DNA from: Moraxellaceae bacterium UBA2477
GTDB taxonomy: Bacteria > Pseudomonadota > Gammaproteobacteria > Pseudomonadales > Moraxellaceae
Direction: 5' to 3'
DNA length: 64,000 nt
Assembly: GCA_002342025.1 (NCBI GenBank)
Contig: DDPD01000071.1
Span: 744-64,743 of the forward strand
Part shown: in pieces, positions 52,077 through 62,703 of the stretch
Position numbering within the stretch: the stretch's first letter is position 1
How the letters are laid out: each line of letters begins with the position of its first letter
Position numbers and translations under genes: made by a program
Notes under the pieces: model-generated
Database searches by the model: none
What the model saw: the letters and a program-made list of their open reading frames with translations, nothing else
What the model was told of the DNA's origin: nothing

Positions 52077-53375
52077 TTAATCATCAATGACCTTGAGCCT
52101 GCTCACTAAGAGCTTGTCGATACGCATGCCATCCATGTCCACGACTTCCAGACGCAAGCCGTTCCAATTCATCACCTGACCCGTTCGAGGAATACTGCCT
52201 AGCTCGAACAGCACCAGCCCAGCAAGCGTTTGGAAATCGCGACTGCCTTCTAATTCGTCGCATTCCATCGGGAAAAGATCTCGGAAGCGCTCAATGGAAA
52301 GTGCGCCATCAATCAACCACGAACCATCTTCACGGCGAACTACATCAGGATCTTCAACGTTGGCATCGGAGGGCAATTCGCCGACCATGGCTTCCAGCAC
52401 ATCAGTGAGAGTCACTAAACCTTGAATTTCGCCGTACTCATCCACGACTAAGGCTAAATGCTCACGCTTGCTGCGGAACAGATCGAGTAGCGCCAAGGGA
52501 GACAAGCCCATCGGGGCAAATAAAGCCGGCTTAACCAGCGACTCAATATCCCAAATCGTGTTGTTGGCTAACTGCTGTTGCAACAGCACGGGTAGTGATA
52601 AAACCCCGACGATGTTCGCCATACCGTCGCGACAAACCGGCAAGTAACTGTAGCTCGTCTGAGCCAGTAAGGCTTTTTGCTCGTTCAGCGGCTCGCTGAG
52701 ATCCAAGCACTCAATGTCGGGTCGAGTGGTCATGATCAAGCTCAAGTTCCAGTCATCGAGACGGAAAACATTGGCGACCAATTCACGCTCGGCTTGTTCA
52801 AAAATGCCTGCCTCAGCACCTTCTGCCATCAAACCCTTAATTTCTTCTTCGGTTACCGGTGAGTCACCGGTGCGCTTTACACCCAACAAGTCTAAAACTC
52901 GCTCGGTAGACCAGCTTAAAAAGCGCACTACGGGATGTGTTAGGAACAACACACCACGCATAAAAGGCGCAATCACTCGAGCAATTTTCTCGGGCGACTG
53001 CATACCCAAACGCTTAGGTACTAACTCACCCACAATCAACGAGAAATAGGTGATGAGAATAACCATGCAGGCCGTTGCCAAGATGCTGGCATAGGGTGCA
53101 ATCAGCGGGATGCTCTCGAAGATGGGTCGTAGACGGTCCGTAATGGCACCTTCGCCCAAGGCTCCGCTCATCACGCCAATGAGCGTAATACCGATTTGCA
53201 CCGTGGACAGGAAAAAAGTGGGATGTTCAGACAGCTTCAACGCTGCCTTTGCACCTAAGTCACCCGTATCAGCCATTTGCTGCAAACGGATGCGGCGCGA
53301 TGAAACGATGGCGATTTCCGACATGGCAAATAGACCATTGAAGGTAATCAAAAACAAAATCAGCAGTATGTCCAT
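52077..53375 (-). CDS. HlyC/CorC (CNNM, CBS-pair) family membrane protein
   Basis: NGLFAMSEIAIVS, STVQIGIT, GELVPK, VVDEYG, C-terminal TLAG..VVDMDG.RIDK. Confidence 0.93.
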   Translation of the reverse strand: MDILLILFLITFNGLFAMSEIAIVSSRRIRLQQMADTGDLGAKAALKLSEHPTFFLSTVQIGITLIGVMSGALGEGAITDRLRPIFESIPLIAPYASILATACMVILITYFSLIVGELVPKRLGMQSPEKIARVIAPFMRGVLFLTHPVVRFLSWSTERVLDLLGVKRTGDSPVTEEEIKGLMAEGAEAGIFEQAERELVANVFRLDDWNLSLIMTTRPDIECLDLSEPLNEQKALLAQTSYSYLPVCRDGMANIVGVLSLPVLLQQQLANNTIWDIESLVKPALFAPMGLSPLALLDLFRSKREHLALVVDEYGEIQGLVTLTDVLEAMVGELPSDANVEDPDVVRREDGSWLIDGALSIERFRDLFPMECDELEGSRDFQTLAGLVLFELGSIPRTGQVMNWNGLRLEVVDMDGMRIDKLLVSRLKVIDD

Positions 53376-53475
53376 AGAAGGCGGCGGTTAGTGACCGGGA
53401 GCGAGGGATCGCCGCAAGTGCAGCATGATACATGCCAACCTAGCTTTCCCCTAGCAGCTCCCAGCCTAATCCGGC

Positions 53476-54888
53476 TTAATCGGCTTTACGCCAACGAATG
53501 CCTTCGCGTGAAAACTCCACGGCCACGCCCATGGCTTGCAGTTGAGCCCGAATCTCATCGGAGCGCTGGAAGTTTTTAGCGAGTCGAACAGCGGTTATTT
53601 CAGAAATTAAGGCTTCAACTTCGGCGACAAAGTCTGCATCCCCTGCCCCAGCCTGACGGAAGGCTTCAGGTTCGTACTGTAAAAGCCCCAAAATGGCACC
53701 GAGACGTTTAAGCAGGTTGGCATACTGTGCAGCACCTGACGCATCAGCTGCTTTGTCACAGCGATTCGCTTCACGCACCAACTCATACAGCACGGCTAGG
53801 GCTTCGGGGGTATTGAAGTCGTCGTTCATTGCCAATGCAAATCGCGCCTCATACTCCGCAGCGGTTGCTGGCTCGCCCGCGCCTAGATCAACCAATGCAC
53901 CAAGCGTTGCGTAAAAGCGTTCTAGGGCTTGTTTAGCCTGATCCAACGCAGCGTCCGAATAATTCAGTGGGCTGCGGTAATGGCTAGCGGCAATGAAGTA
54001 ACGCAAGACTTCCGGGTGATACTGCTTGAGCACTTCGCGAATGGTGAAGAAGTTGTTTAACGACTTCGACATCTTCTCGGCATTGACCTGCACAAAACCG
54101 ACATGCATCCAGGTATTGACGTAGGTTTCGCCGGTCGCCGCTTCAGACTGTGCAATCTCATTTTCATGATGCGGGAAGAGTAAGTCCCCACCGCCGCCAT
54201 GAATATCAAAACCGCTGCCCAAGCAGCACGTGCTCATGGCTGAGCATTCGATGTGCCAGCCGGGCCGACCCTGACCCCACGGCGAAGCCCATGAAGGCTC
54301 ACCGGGCTTAACGGCCTTCCAAAGCACGAAATCCATGGGGTTTTGCTTGATGTCATCGACCTCAACACGCGCACCTGCCTGCAGCTCATCCAATTTTTTA
54401 TTGGACAGGCGACCATAGCGCGGGAAGCTAGAAACGTTGAAATAGACATCGCCATTCTTGGCAGGATAGGCATGCCCTTTCTTCACTAAGGTGTCGACCA
54501 TACGCAAAATATCGTCAACATGATCCGTCGCTTTCGGCTCTAGATTCGGACGCAATGCACCCAAAGCAGCCGCATCTTCGTCCATGGCCGCAATAAAGCG
54601 TGCCGTCAGCGCGTCAATGGATTCGCCGTTTTCGTTAGCGCGCGCGATGATCTTGTCGTCGATATCGGTGATGTTGCGGACATAAGTGACCTTGAAGCCT
54701 ACGTGACGCAACCAGCGGGTAATGATATCGAACGACACCATGACGCGGGCATGGCCGATATGACAGTAGTCATAGACCGTCATGCCACAGACATACAGGC
54801 TTACTTCACCGGCTTTTCGCGGCACAAAGGCGACCTTGCTGCGCGTCTCTGAGTTATGAATGACCAATGCTGGCGACGTCACACTCAT
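53476..54888 (-). CDS. cysS: Cysteine--tRNA ligase
   Basis: [41 protein letters not shown]. Confidence 0.98.
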   Translation of the reverse strand: MSVTSPALVIHNSETRSKVAFVPRKAGEVSLYVCGMTVYDYCHIGHARVMVSFDIITRWLRHVGFKVTYVRNITDIDDKIIARANENGESIDALTARFIAAMDEDAAALGALRPNLEPKATDHVDDILRMVDTLVKKGHAYPAKNGDVYFNVSSFPRYGRLSNKKLDELQAGARVEVDDIKQNPMDFVLWKAVKPGEPSWASPWGQGRPGWHIECSAMSTCCLGSGFDIHGGGGDLLFPHHENEIAQSEAATGETYVNTWMHVGFVQVNAEKMSKSLNNFFTIREVLKQYHPEVLRYFIAASHYRSPLNYSDAALDQAKQALERFYATLGALVDLGAGEPATAAEYEARFALAMNDDFNTPEALAVLYELVREANRCDKAADASGAAQYANLLKRLGAILGLLQYEPEAFRQAGAGDADFVAEVEALISEITAVRLAKNFQRSDEIRAQLQAMGVAVEFSREGIRWRKAD

Positions 54889-56555
54889 GCCGGTTTGCCC
54901 CAAGAGTCACGCAAACCGACGGTGCGGTTGAATACTAAGTGCCCTGGTCTAGACTCTTTTAAGTCAACACAGAAATAGCCTTCACGCTCGAACTGAAAAC
55001 GATCTTCTGCCACTGCTGTGGCTAGCGACGCTTCAACGCGGGCTTCAGTCAGCGTCTCTAAAGAGGCTTCATGAATAAAGGTTTTGAAGTCAGCATCGCC
55101 ACGATCTGGAGAGGCGTCATTGAACAGACGATCGTAGAGACGAACCGTTGCAGGTAAGGACTGTGAAACCGATACCCAATGAATCACCCCCTTCACCTTA
55201 CGATCCGCCGGATTAGCGCCCAACGTGGCGAGGTCTAAGGAGCAGCGCAGTTCGGTGATGTTGCCAGCTGCATCTTTAATGACTTCATCGCAGCGCATCA
55301 CATAGGCATTGCGCAAGCGCACTTCGCCACCCAGTGTCAGTCGCTTAAAGCCTTTGGGCGGGACTTCTTCAAAGTCAGCGCGGTCAATGTAGATTTCCTG
55401 CGTGAGGGGCAACTCACGCTCCCCCATGTCCACATTTGGGTGCCGCACGGTGCGAATGATTTCGAGATGATCCGCTGCCACGTTTGTCAGCACCACCTTA
55501 AGCGGGCGCAACACGGCCATGGCACGCGGAGCGCTCAACTCCAAGTCTTCACGAATGCAGAACTCGAGCATGGCGACATCCACCACACCATCGCTTTTGC
55601 TCAGGCCAATGCGGTCGCAGAAATTACGCAAGGACGCAGGGGTGTAGCCACGACGACGCAAACCCGAAATGGTCGGCATGCGCGGATCATCCCAACCCTG
55701 CACCAGCTTCTCATCAACGAGCTGCTTGAGCTTGCGCTTAGAGGTCACGGTGTAATTTAGGTTGAGGCGCGCAAATTCGATCTGCTGTGGGTGCGGTAGC
55801 GACGGCAGTTGCTCCAGCAACCAGTCATACAACGGGCGGTGCGCCTCAAACTCGAGGGTACACAACGAGTGGGTAATGCCTTCAAGCGCATCCGAAATGG
55901 GGTGCGTGTAGTCGTACATTGGGTAAATGCACCAGTCGTTACCCGTCTGGTGATGATCAATGTGGCGAATACGGTAAAGAATGGGGTCACGCAAATTGAT
56001 GTTGCCCGAAGCCATGTCAATCTTCGCGCGCAACACATGGGCGCCATCGGCGAACTCACCGGCTTTCATGCGCGCAAACAAATCCAAGTTTTCGGCTATG
56101 GAGCGGTCACGGAATGGCGAGTTAATGCCGGGCTGGCTCAAGGTGCCGCGCATCTCACGAATTTTTTCTGGCGTTTGTGAGTCCACATACGCTTTACCCG
56201 CTTGAATCAGCTCAATGGCAAAATCATGCAGTGCCTGGAAGTACGAGGAGGCATAACGCACCTCGCCTGACCATTGAAAACCCAACCACTGCACATCGCG
56301 CTGGATAGCATCGATGTACTCCTGAGACTCTTTTTCAGGATTCGTGTCATCAAAACGGAGGTTACACAGCCCGTTAACGCCGGGATGCGTAGCAGCTTCT
56401 TCAGCCAGTCCAAAGTTTAGGCAAATCGATTTGGCATGACCAATATGCAGGTAGCCGTTCGGCTCCGGCGGGAATCGGGTCACAATTTGGGCGTGGGCAC
56501 CGCTATCAATATCGGCAAGCACACGGGTTCGGATGAAATCTCTGGCTTCAATCAT
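54885..56555 (-). CDS. glnS: Glutamine--tRNA ligase
   Basis: [39 protein letters not shown]. Confidence 0.98.
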   Translation of the reverse strand: MIEARDFIRTRVLADIDSGAHAQIVTRFPPEPNGYLHIGHAKSICLNFGLAEEAATHPGVNGLCNLRFDDTNPEKESQEYIDAIQRDVQWLGFQWSGEVRYASSYFQALHDFAIELIQAGKAYVDSQTPEKIREMRGTLSQPGINSPFRDRSIAENLDLFARMKAGEFADGAHVLRAKIDMASGNINLRDPILYRIRHIDHHQTGNDWCIYPMYDYTHPISDALEGITHSLCTLEFEAHRPLYDWLLEQLPSLPHPQQIEFARLNLNYTVTSKRKLKQLVDEKLVQGWDDPRMPTISGLRRRGYTPASLRNFCDRIGLSKSDGVVDVAMLEFCIREDLELSAPRAMAVLRPLKVVLTNVAADHLEIIRTVRHPNVDMGERELPLTQEIYIDRADFEEVPPKGFKRLTLGGEVRLRNAYVMRCDEVIKDAAGNITELRCSLDLATLGANPADRKVKGVIHWVSVSQSLPATVRLYDRLFNDASPDRGDADFKTFIHEASLETLTEARVEASLATAVAEDRFQFEREGYFCVDLKESRPGHLVFNRTVGLRDSWGKPA

Positions 56556-56666
56556 GGTCTAGCAGGCAAAATTAAAGGCTGGAGTGTACGCCTCACGGGG
56601 GTACGCTCTCAACCGAATACGGGCTATACATGTCCACTGTCATTCATAAATCGCAGGAATCCGCGC

Positions 56667-57167
56667 ATGAAAGTTGCACTTAACACAAATCACGGTCGCA
56701 TCGTGCTGGAACTCGACGCAGCTAAAGCGCCAAAGACCGTTGCCAACTTTGTTGAATACGTCCAAAACGGCCACTACAACGGCACGATTTTCCATCGCGT
56801 CATTGATGGCTTCATGATTCAAGGCGGCGGCTTCGACGAGAAAATGAAGCAAAAGTCGACTGGCACGCCTATTCAAAATGAAGCGGACAATGGCCTGAAG
56901 AACGATATCGGCACCATCGCCATGGCCCGTACCGGCGACCCGCACTCCGCTACCGCGCAATTCTTCATTAACGTTGGCAACAACGGCTTCCTCAACCACA
57001 GCGGCAAGAATCCACAAGGCTGGGGCTATGCCGTGTTTGGTAAAACTGTAGAAGGCATGGACGTCGTCAATAAAATCAAGGGCGTTGCTACGGGTAATGC
57101 GGGTGGCCATCAAGATGTACCTCGCACCGCCGTGGTGATTGAAACTGCTGAAGTGATCGCGGAGTAA
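56667..57167 (+). CDS. ppiB: Cyclophilin-type peptidyl-prolyl isomerase
   Basis: [39 protein letters not shown]; AGGA RBS. Confidence 0.95.
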   Translation: MKVALNTNHGRIVLELDAAKAPKTVANFVEYVQNGHYNGTIFHRVIDGFMIQGGGFDEKMKQKSTGTPIQNEADNGLKNDIGTIAMARTGDPHSATAQFFINVGNNGFLNHSGKNPQGWGYAVFGKTVEGMDVVNKIKGVATGNAGGHQDVPRTAVVIETAEVIAE

Positions 57168-57170
57168 GCC

Positions 57171-57926
57171 GTGGCCTGTGCTCTGCTGCTGTCGGATGTT
57201 CATCTCGCGCCTGACCTGCCGCGCTGTAGCGAGGGCTTTAAAACCCTGCTGCGCGAACTGCCGGGCGACTGCTCGGCGGTCTATGTGCTGGGCGATCTGT
57301 TTGAGGTGTGGGTTGGAGACGATCTTCATTCGCCCTACCTCGACAGCATTTACGAGAGCTTCCGCAGCGTCAGAGCACGTGGCATCGAGCTCGTCTTTTG
57401 CCATGGCAATCGCGACTTTTTGCTGGAGCGTGGCCCTGCCGGTGTGTCCGGCTTTGCCGAGCTGGCCGGAGGTCGCATGATGGCAGAGTCTGAAGTGGTC
57501 GATCTGTTCGGTACTCCTGCCTTGCTGATGCACGGCGATCAACTCTGCACGCTAGATGCCGCCTACATGGCATTTCGCCAACAATCCCGCAGCAGCGAAT
57601 GGCAACAGATGATGCTGGAAAAACCACTCGATCAACGCCTGATGGTGGCCGAGATGTGGCGCATGCAAAGTAAGATGGCAAACAGTAACAAGCCCGAAAA
57701 CATCATGGATGTGACGCCGGAAGAAGTCGTTCGTGTCATGGCGGAAGCCAATGTGGAGCTGCTCATTCACGGTCACACCCATCGCCCGATGCGGCATGCC
57801 GTGGAACTGCCCGGCGACATGGCCGGTGAGCGTCTGGTACTGGGAGACTGGCGCGAAGAAACTGGAGAGGCGGTGATTGCCTGGGCTCGTCCGGAAGGCA
57901 TTGAACTCGTGCAGTATCGGTTTTAA
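57171..57926 (+). CDS. lpxH: UDP-2,3-diacylglucosamine diphosphatase
   Basis: SDVHL, LGDLFEVWVGDD, HGNRDFL, MHGD, IHGHTHRP, VLGDW; follows ppiB. Confidence 0.95.
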   Translation: MACALLLSDVHLAPDLPRCSEGFKTLLRELPGDCSAVYVLGDLFEVWVGDDLHSPYLDSIYESFRSVRARGIELVFCHGNRDFLLERGPAGVSGFAELAGGRMMAESEVVDLFGTPALLMHGDQLCTLDAAYMAFRQQSRSSEWQQMMLEKPLDQRLMVAEMWRMQSKMANSNKPENIMDVTPEEVVRVMAEANVELLIHGHTHRPMRHAVELPGDMAGERLVLGDWREETGEAVIAWARPEGIELVQYRF

Positions 57927-57929
57927 GCC

Positions 57930-58211
57930 ATGGCTAAGAGCATCCTGCAAAAAGCCATTGAAGAACTTCAATCGCTGGCGGCCAAGCAAGGCGAAGAGAT
58001 CTTTGTCTATCCCGAATTTGGCGACAACCGCAGTTATCGACTAACGACCTTAGAGCCCTATCTCGACCTTCTCATTGTTCATTACGAGTCCGCAGGCGAG
58101 CAGTTCGCGCTGGAAACACCCAAGTTGCAAGACTTTGCGTTTTCCAAGTCGCGATTAGAACTGCGTATGGTGGATATCGATGGCGAGGGGCTGCTGCTGG
58201 TCGCGGAATAA
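57930..58211 (+). CDS. Hypothetical acidic protein (93 aa)
   Basis: ATG 3 nt after the lpxH stop; fills the gap; no family recognised. Confidence 0.65.
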   Translation: MAKSILQKAIEELQSLAAKQGEEIFVYPEFGDNRSYRLTTLEPYLDLLIVHYESAGEQFALETPKLQDFAFSKSRLELRMVDIDGEGLLLVAE

Positions 58212-58217
58212 GCGTTC

Positions 58218-58775
58218 TCAGCCGCTCATTTTCACCTGCGATACGAGTGCCAATACATCAATATTCGCCGCTGTTTGAATGCTGGGATCATTGATTCGGG
58301 CATTCACTTCTTTCACGATTTGATCGCGCACAATCGGCTTCACCAACTTGAGCCTATCCAGCACGTCACTTGGCAAGTTTTCGCCGACTAAATCGATACG
58401 AATGCTATGGCCCGACACCGGGTGAGGCACCAGCCTGAGGGTAACCGGCGCATACGTCTCTACGTCTATTTGTAGCTGAATGCTAACGGCCAATGAGAAC
58501 TTCAAGTCAATGCCGAAGAGCTCGACATCTAATTGCAGATCGCCGCGAACGCAGAGCATGAATGCAATTTTTGGCAAATGGTTCAGTAAGGGATCAACGC
58601 TAATGTCTTCTAATTTAAAGACATAAGAAATCATCAGCATATCGGCTGGTAATTTACGCATAGAGCCGGCAATTGTCCGCTCCAGCATGGTTTCAATCTC
58701 ATTGCCAAGTCGGTGAGCCGTCACCACCTGCTGAATGAAGTTGTGGCCAAACTCGGCATAACTGATGGCTTGCAA
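58218..58775 (-). CDS. Hypothetical protein (185 aa)
   Basis: GGGG RBS before TTG; co-oriented downstream of rlmA; protein-like composition. Confidence 0.75.
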   Translation of the reverse strand: MQAISYAEFGHNFIQQVVTAHRLGNEIETMLERTIAGSMRKLPADMLMISYVFKLEDISVDPLLNHLPKIAFMLCVRGDLQLDVELFGIDLKFSLAVSIQLQIDVETYAPVTLRLVPHPVSGHSIRIDLVGENLPSDVLDRLKLVKPIVRDQIVKEVNARINDPSIQTAANIDVLALVSQVKMSG

Positions 58776-58790
58776 TGCTCAACCCCCGAC

Positions 58791-59621
58791 TTAAACGATG
58801 ACTTCGCCGTTCGGCTCAAGCCTGCGCTTAAATAGCATGACATCAAATGCCGCCAGGGTTTGAAAACTTTCGTTGGCTTCTAGTAAGGCCCGGCGCTCGG
58901 CGGTTGCCTTCCACGCGTAGGGCGTCATGGCCAATAAATCCTTTAAGGCCGCTTGTGAAAGCGTGAGCGGCGCCTCTACCCGCTGGCGACTCGCTAACAC
59001 AAAGTCGTCGTGAAATGCCTGCAAGAATTTATCCGGTTCATGGGCACGCACTGCTTCAAACAAGCCTTGCCGAACCTGCCAGAGATGATCCGGTGCCGGA
59101 GTCACCATCAGTACATGACCGTTTGGCCTTAAGACACGATGCATTTCAGCTACGGGTAAGGGGCTAAATAAACTGCTCACCACGTCCAGTGAAGCATCAG
59201 CAAAGGGAAGTAACGCCGCACTACCGACCAACCAGGTCACCTGCTTTTGCTGACGAGCCGCCAGTTGAATGGCTGGCTTAGCAATATCCAATCCACAGAC
59301 TAAGGGCACCTCGCCGCGCATGGCCTCTGTGTAATAGCCCTCACCACAGCCTAAATCGAGCATTCGTTGCGCCGACAATCCACGCAATACCCTCGCCACT
59401 GCATCACGTAGCGGCTGGTAATGACCCGCGCCAAGAAAGCGACGGCGCGCGGCCACGCTGTCGGCGGTATCGCCCGGAGACAAGCTTTTTTTATGCTGCA
59501 CAGGCAGCAAATTGACATAGCCCTCGCGCGACACATCAAAGGCATGACCGTTCAGGCAAAGCCACGTCTTGTCATGGGTTTGCAGAGCGGTTCGGCACAG
59601 CGGACAAATTAACTCAAACAT
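58791..59621 (-). CDS. rlmA: 23S rRNA m1G745 methyltransferase RlmA-like
   Basis: CPLC..C.NGHAFD..REGYVNLL zinc finger, LDLGCGEGYY, MTPYAWK. Confidence 0.85.
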   Translation of the reverse strand: MFELICPLCRTALQTHDKTWLCLNGHAFDVSREGYVNLLPVQHKKSLSPGDTADSVAARRRFLGAGHYQPLRDAVARVLRGLSAQRMLDLGCGEGYYTEAMRGEVPLVCGLDIAKPAIQLAARQQKQVTWLVGSAALLPFADASLDVVSSLFSPLPVAEMHRVLRPNGHVLMVTPAPDHLWQVRQGLFEAVRAHEPDKFLQAFHDDFVLASRQRVEAPLTLSQAALKDLLAMTPYAWKATAERRALLEANESFQTLAAFDVMLFKRRLEPNGEVIV

Positions 59622-60259
59622 GCAGCTTGCTCAGTGCTCGGCGTAATCGCCATGACTGGCGGCAGGCCACTGTGGAAGCGCACCTCCACATCAGGGGTTT
59701 CAATTAACACCCGCTCAACCTCTCGAAAAAAGGCCACACGATCATCAATCGGCTCCGGCGAGTACAAACTCGCCAAGCCCAAGTAGTACTGAAAATGACG
59801 GGCTTCGGAACGCAACAAAAACGTATAGAAGCGTTTTAAGTCTTCATCTAAGTGCGGAGCAATCGCGGCAAAGCGCTCACACGAGCGTGCTTCAACAAAA
59901 GCACCAATAATCATTAGATCAACCAGATGCCCAGGCTCAGACGTTCGAACGTGTTGGCGCATACCTTGGGCATAACGGGCAGCCGACACAGGGCGATAGC
60001 CTATGCCCCGCTTTTGCATCAAATCGCGGACTTGCTCGTAATGCAGCAACTCTTCGCGAGCCAGTTGCGCCAACTCGGTTTGCAGCTCTTCTCGGTCGTT
60101 GTAGCGGAACAGCATATTCATGGCGGTGCTGGCCGCTTTTTTTTCGCAATTGGCATGGTCTTGTAACAATAGCGGCACATCCAGCACGGCGGCACTCACC
60201 CATTCGGGAGGTGTCGCACAGGCCAAAAAGTCACGCACCGGTTGCATAAACTCCATCAC
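59609..60259 (-). CDS. miaE: tRNA 2-methylthio-N6-isopentenyl-A37 hydroxylase
   Basis: DHANCEKKAA, REELLHYEQV, EARSCERF, SEARHF di-iron motifs. Confidence 0.95.
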   Translation of the reverse strand: MMEFMQPVRDFLACATPPEWVSAAVLDVPLLLQDHANCEKKAASTAMNMLFRYNDREELQTELAQLAREELLHYEQVRDLMQKRGIGYRPVSAARYAQGMRQHVRTSEPGHLVDLMIIGAFVEARSCERFAAIAPHLDEDLKRFYTFLLRSEARHFQYYLGLASLYSPEPIDDRVAFFREVERVLIETPDVEVRFHSGLPPVMAITPSTEQAACLS

Positions 60260-61482
60260 GACGCCGACACCTCACTGAATGTCAGACCGGCGTGTTGTTG
60301 CAAACGAGCAATGAGGGCATCGCCCATGACGGTAGCTGGCGTCCAGAAGCCGCCGGCCTTGTCGGACTTGCTGATGTCCTTGGCCAAACACATTGCCGCC
60401 TCACCCAACATTTTGCCGGTAGAGCCGTAGCCGGGGTCGCGATCTCCGGTGACCTTGACCACTAAGGTCTGGCCCGCCTCTGTTTTGCCAAACAGACGAA
60501 TGTCGTAATAGCCCTCACGCTGCGCTTTGGGTGATGGCCCCTCACCCGGCTTGGGCACCACAAAACGTTCCAGCAAGCTGCGCGTTGGGGCTAACGCAGC
60601 AGCGGCCATAAATCCGCCCAGACCGGACGCAAAGGCGATAGCTCCCAGACGTCCCTTAAAACCATTGCCAGTTAGCTGCGTTTCGTCATAGCAAAAATTT
60701 TCACCGTAACGGTAACCCTGCAAGGCATTGCTGCGATGAACCACTTTGGTATTGATCGCGGCCATGATGAAGGGCACTTGCCAGGACTGCGCATCGTCAT
60801 CGAAGGAAACGGCCGCGGGATTAGGCTGTCGCAACTTGAGTTGCTGAGCGCAGAAGGCATAGGGATTTTGCAGCACTTTTAGGATGGCGCGGTCTTTGCC
60901 GACCTCACGCAGCATCTCCATCATGCTGGCCACCGTACCGCCCGAAAAAGTCCCGCGCATAGCTTTAACGCGCAGCTTCACGCGTGTGCAAGGGGCTTGG
61001 TAGCGCGCTTGTGCCTGCGATTGTAAAAAGTAGGTGCCCAAGTCGGATGGCAGTGAATCAAAGCCACAGCAATGCACGATACGCGCACCCGTACGCTGCG
61101 CAATGGCCTCATGCTGGGCCAACATGCGTGCAATCCATTGAGGCTCACCGGTGAGGTCACAATAATCCGTACCGGATTCGGCACAGACTTTGACTAACTC
61201 AGAGCCATACAGCGCATAAGGCCCTACAGTAGAGACCACCACACGGGTCTGCGCGCACAGGGCCTGCAAGGAGGCTTCATCATGGGCCTCTGCCAGCAGT
61301 ACCGGCAGATCACGAGCAGCCTCGCCTAGGTTGTCTTTAAGCTCCGCCAATTTGGCAGCAGAACGGCCGGCGATGGCCCAACGAATCTCGCCCGCAACAC
61401 CCTGACGCTCGAATAAGTAGCGCGTCAGAATCTGCCCGACAAAGCTGGTTGCGCCGAATACCACCACATCAAAGTTGGCCAT
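60256..61482 (-). CDS. Saccharopine dehydrogenase-like / trans-acting enoyl reductase family oxidoreductase
   Basis: VFGATSFVG, TVGPYALYG, YCDLTGE, CGFDSLPSDLG, DPGYGST. Confidence 0.9.
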   Translation of the reverse strand: MANFDVVVFGATSFVGQILTRYLFERQGVAGEIRWAIAGRSAAKLAELKDNLGEAARDLPVLLAEAHDEASLQALCAQTRVVVSTVGPYALYGSELVKVCAESGTDYCDLTGEPQWIARMLAQHEAIAQRTGARIVHCCGFDSLPSDLGTYFLQSQAQARYQAPCTRVKLRVKAMRGTFSGGTVASMMEMLREVGKDRAILKVLQNPYAFCAQQLKLRQPNPAAVSFDDDAQSWQVPFIMAAINTKVVHRSNALQGYRYGENFCYDETQLTGNGFKGRLGAIAFASGLGGFMAAAALAPTRSLLERFVVPKPGEGPSPKAQREGYYDIRLFGKTEAGQTLVVKVTGDRDPGYGSTGKMLGEAAMCLAKDISKSDKAGGFWTPATVMGDALIARLQQHAGLTFSEVSAS

Positions 61483-61555
61483 GATTACGTCCTCAAGGTA
61501 AAAATGAGTGCCGAACAAACCAGCACCCGCTTGCAAGGATCACATCATAGCCAAA

Positions 61556-62701
61556 TCAGGGTGCGCTGGCCTGCCGAAATGACTGCATTAACAACAGCAG
61601 TGCCAACAGGCAAAGCGCCGTTGCAGTGGCAAAAATCCAGCCTGCCATCGCATTCGACCACAGCATTCCCGCCAGCCACGCGCCCAGCGCTACGCCGGTT
61701 CCCCAAAGCATGCTGTAAAGCGCCTGACCTTGGCCTTGCGAACCCTCACCAAAGTGCCGATAGATCAGTGTCATCGCAGCCGCATGAAAAGTCGCGAAGC
61801 TGGCGGCGTGCAGCAGTTGCGCGGCCCAGATCATGGCCGGGTATTCGACGCCAAAGCCAATCATCAGCCAGCGCACGGCCGCTAGCGCCAGACTCCAGAG
61901 CATCAAACGATGCTCACCAACAGCAGGTAACACGCGATGCATCAGCATGAATAAAACGACTTCGGCGAATACACCTAAGCCCCAAAGCCAACCAATATCA
62001 CTGCGGCTGTAGCCATGGCTTTCCAAGTAAATACTGTAGAAGGTGTAGTACGGCGCATGCGATAACTGAAGCAGAAAATGCGCGATAAAAAATATCCAGA
62101 CGGGGCGACGCTGAAGAATGGCGAGAAAGCCCTGCGCGTTTGGCGATCGTTTCGGTGTAGCAATGTCGGGCACGAAAGCACTGGCCAACCACGTTGCCAA
62201 GGCACAGACCAACAACGCCAGTGGCAAATGACCGACCGGAAAGTACTCAAAATACAAGCCCAGCCCGGTACCGGTGGCAATAAACCCGAGTGATCCCCAG
62301 AGACGAATTTGACTATAACGCTCGCGCTGATCGCCCAAATGAGCCAGCGTCACCGCCTCGAACTGGGCCAGAATCGCATTTTGGAAAAATCCATAGACTA
62401 AAAGCACAGCCGCCAGCGGCCAAAACTCGCGCGCCACAAACACGCCAAGCCAGCCTAAGGTAATCATGCCCGCACCCAGTCGAACCAAACGCAGCCGTTG
62501 ACCCGTCTTGTCGGCAATATAGCCCCAGAAGTTGGGCGCGATGATTCGAGTAGCCATGACAATGGCAGAGAGTTCGCCGATGGCCTCGGCATTGAAGCCC
62601 AGGGACTGTAAGTACAGCCCCCAGTAGGGCATGAAGCCGCCGATGACGGCAAAGTAAAAGAAGTAAAACGCGCCCAGCGGCAGGTAGGGAATGCGCGCCA
62701 C
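61556..62701 (-). CDS. MFS transporter (MFS_1-like / HcaT group)
   Basis: YFFYFA..G..MPYW, YSQIRLWGSLGF, HAPYYTFYS, QLLHAASF; about 12 TM helices; GTG start. Confidence 0.9.
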   Translation of the reverse strand: MARIPYLPLGAFYFFYFAVIGGFMPYWGLYLQSLGFNAEAIGELSAIVMATRIIAPNFWGYIADKTGQRLRLVRLGAGMITLGWLGVFVAREFWPLAAVLLVYGFFQNAILAQFEAVTLAHLGDQRERYSQIRLWGSLGFIATGTGLGLYFEYFPVGHLPLALLVCALATWLASAFVPDIATPKRSPNAQGFLAILQRRPVWIFFIAHFLLQLSHAPYYTFYSIYLESHGYSRSDIGWLWGLGVFAEVVLFMLMHRVLPAVGEHRLMLWSLALAAVRWLMIGFGVEYPAMIWAAQLLHAASFATFHAAAMTLIYRHFGEGSQGQGQALYSMLWGTGVALGAWLAGMLWSNAMAGWIFATATALCLLALLLLMQSFRQASAP

Positions 62702-62703
62702 GC

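Noticed and set aside
56640-57542. 300-aa minus-strand ORF over ppiB/lpxH
   Set aside because: Antisense shadow of two well-supported genes
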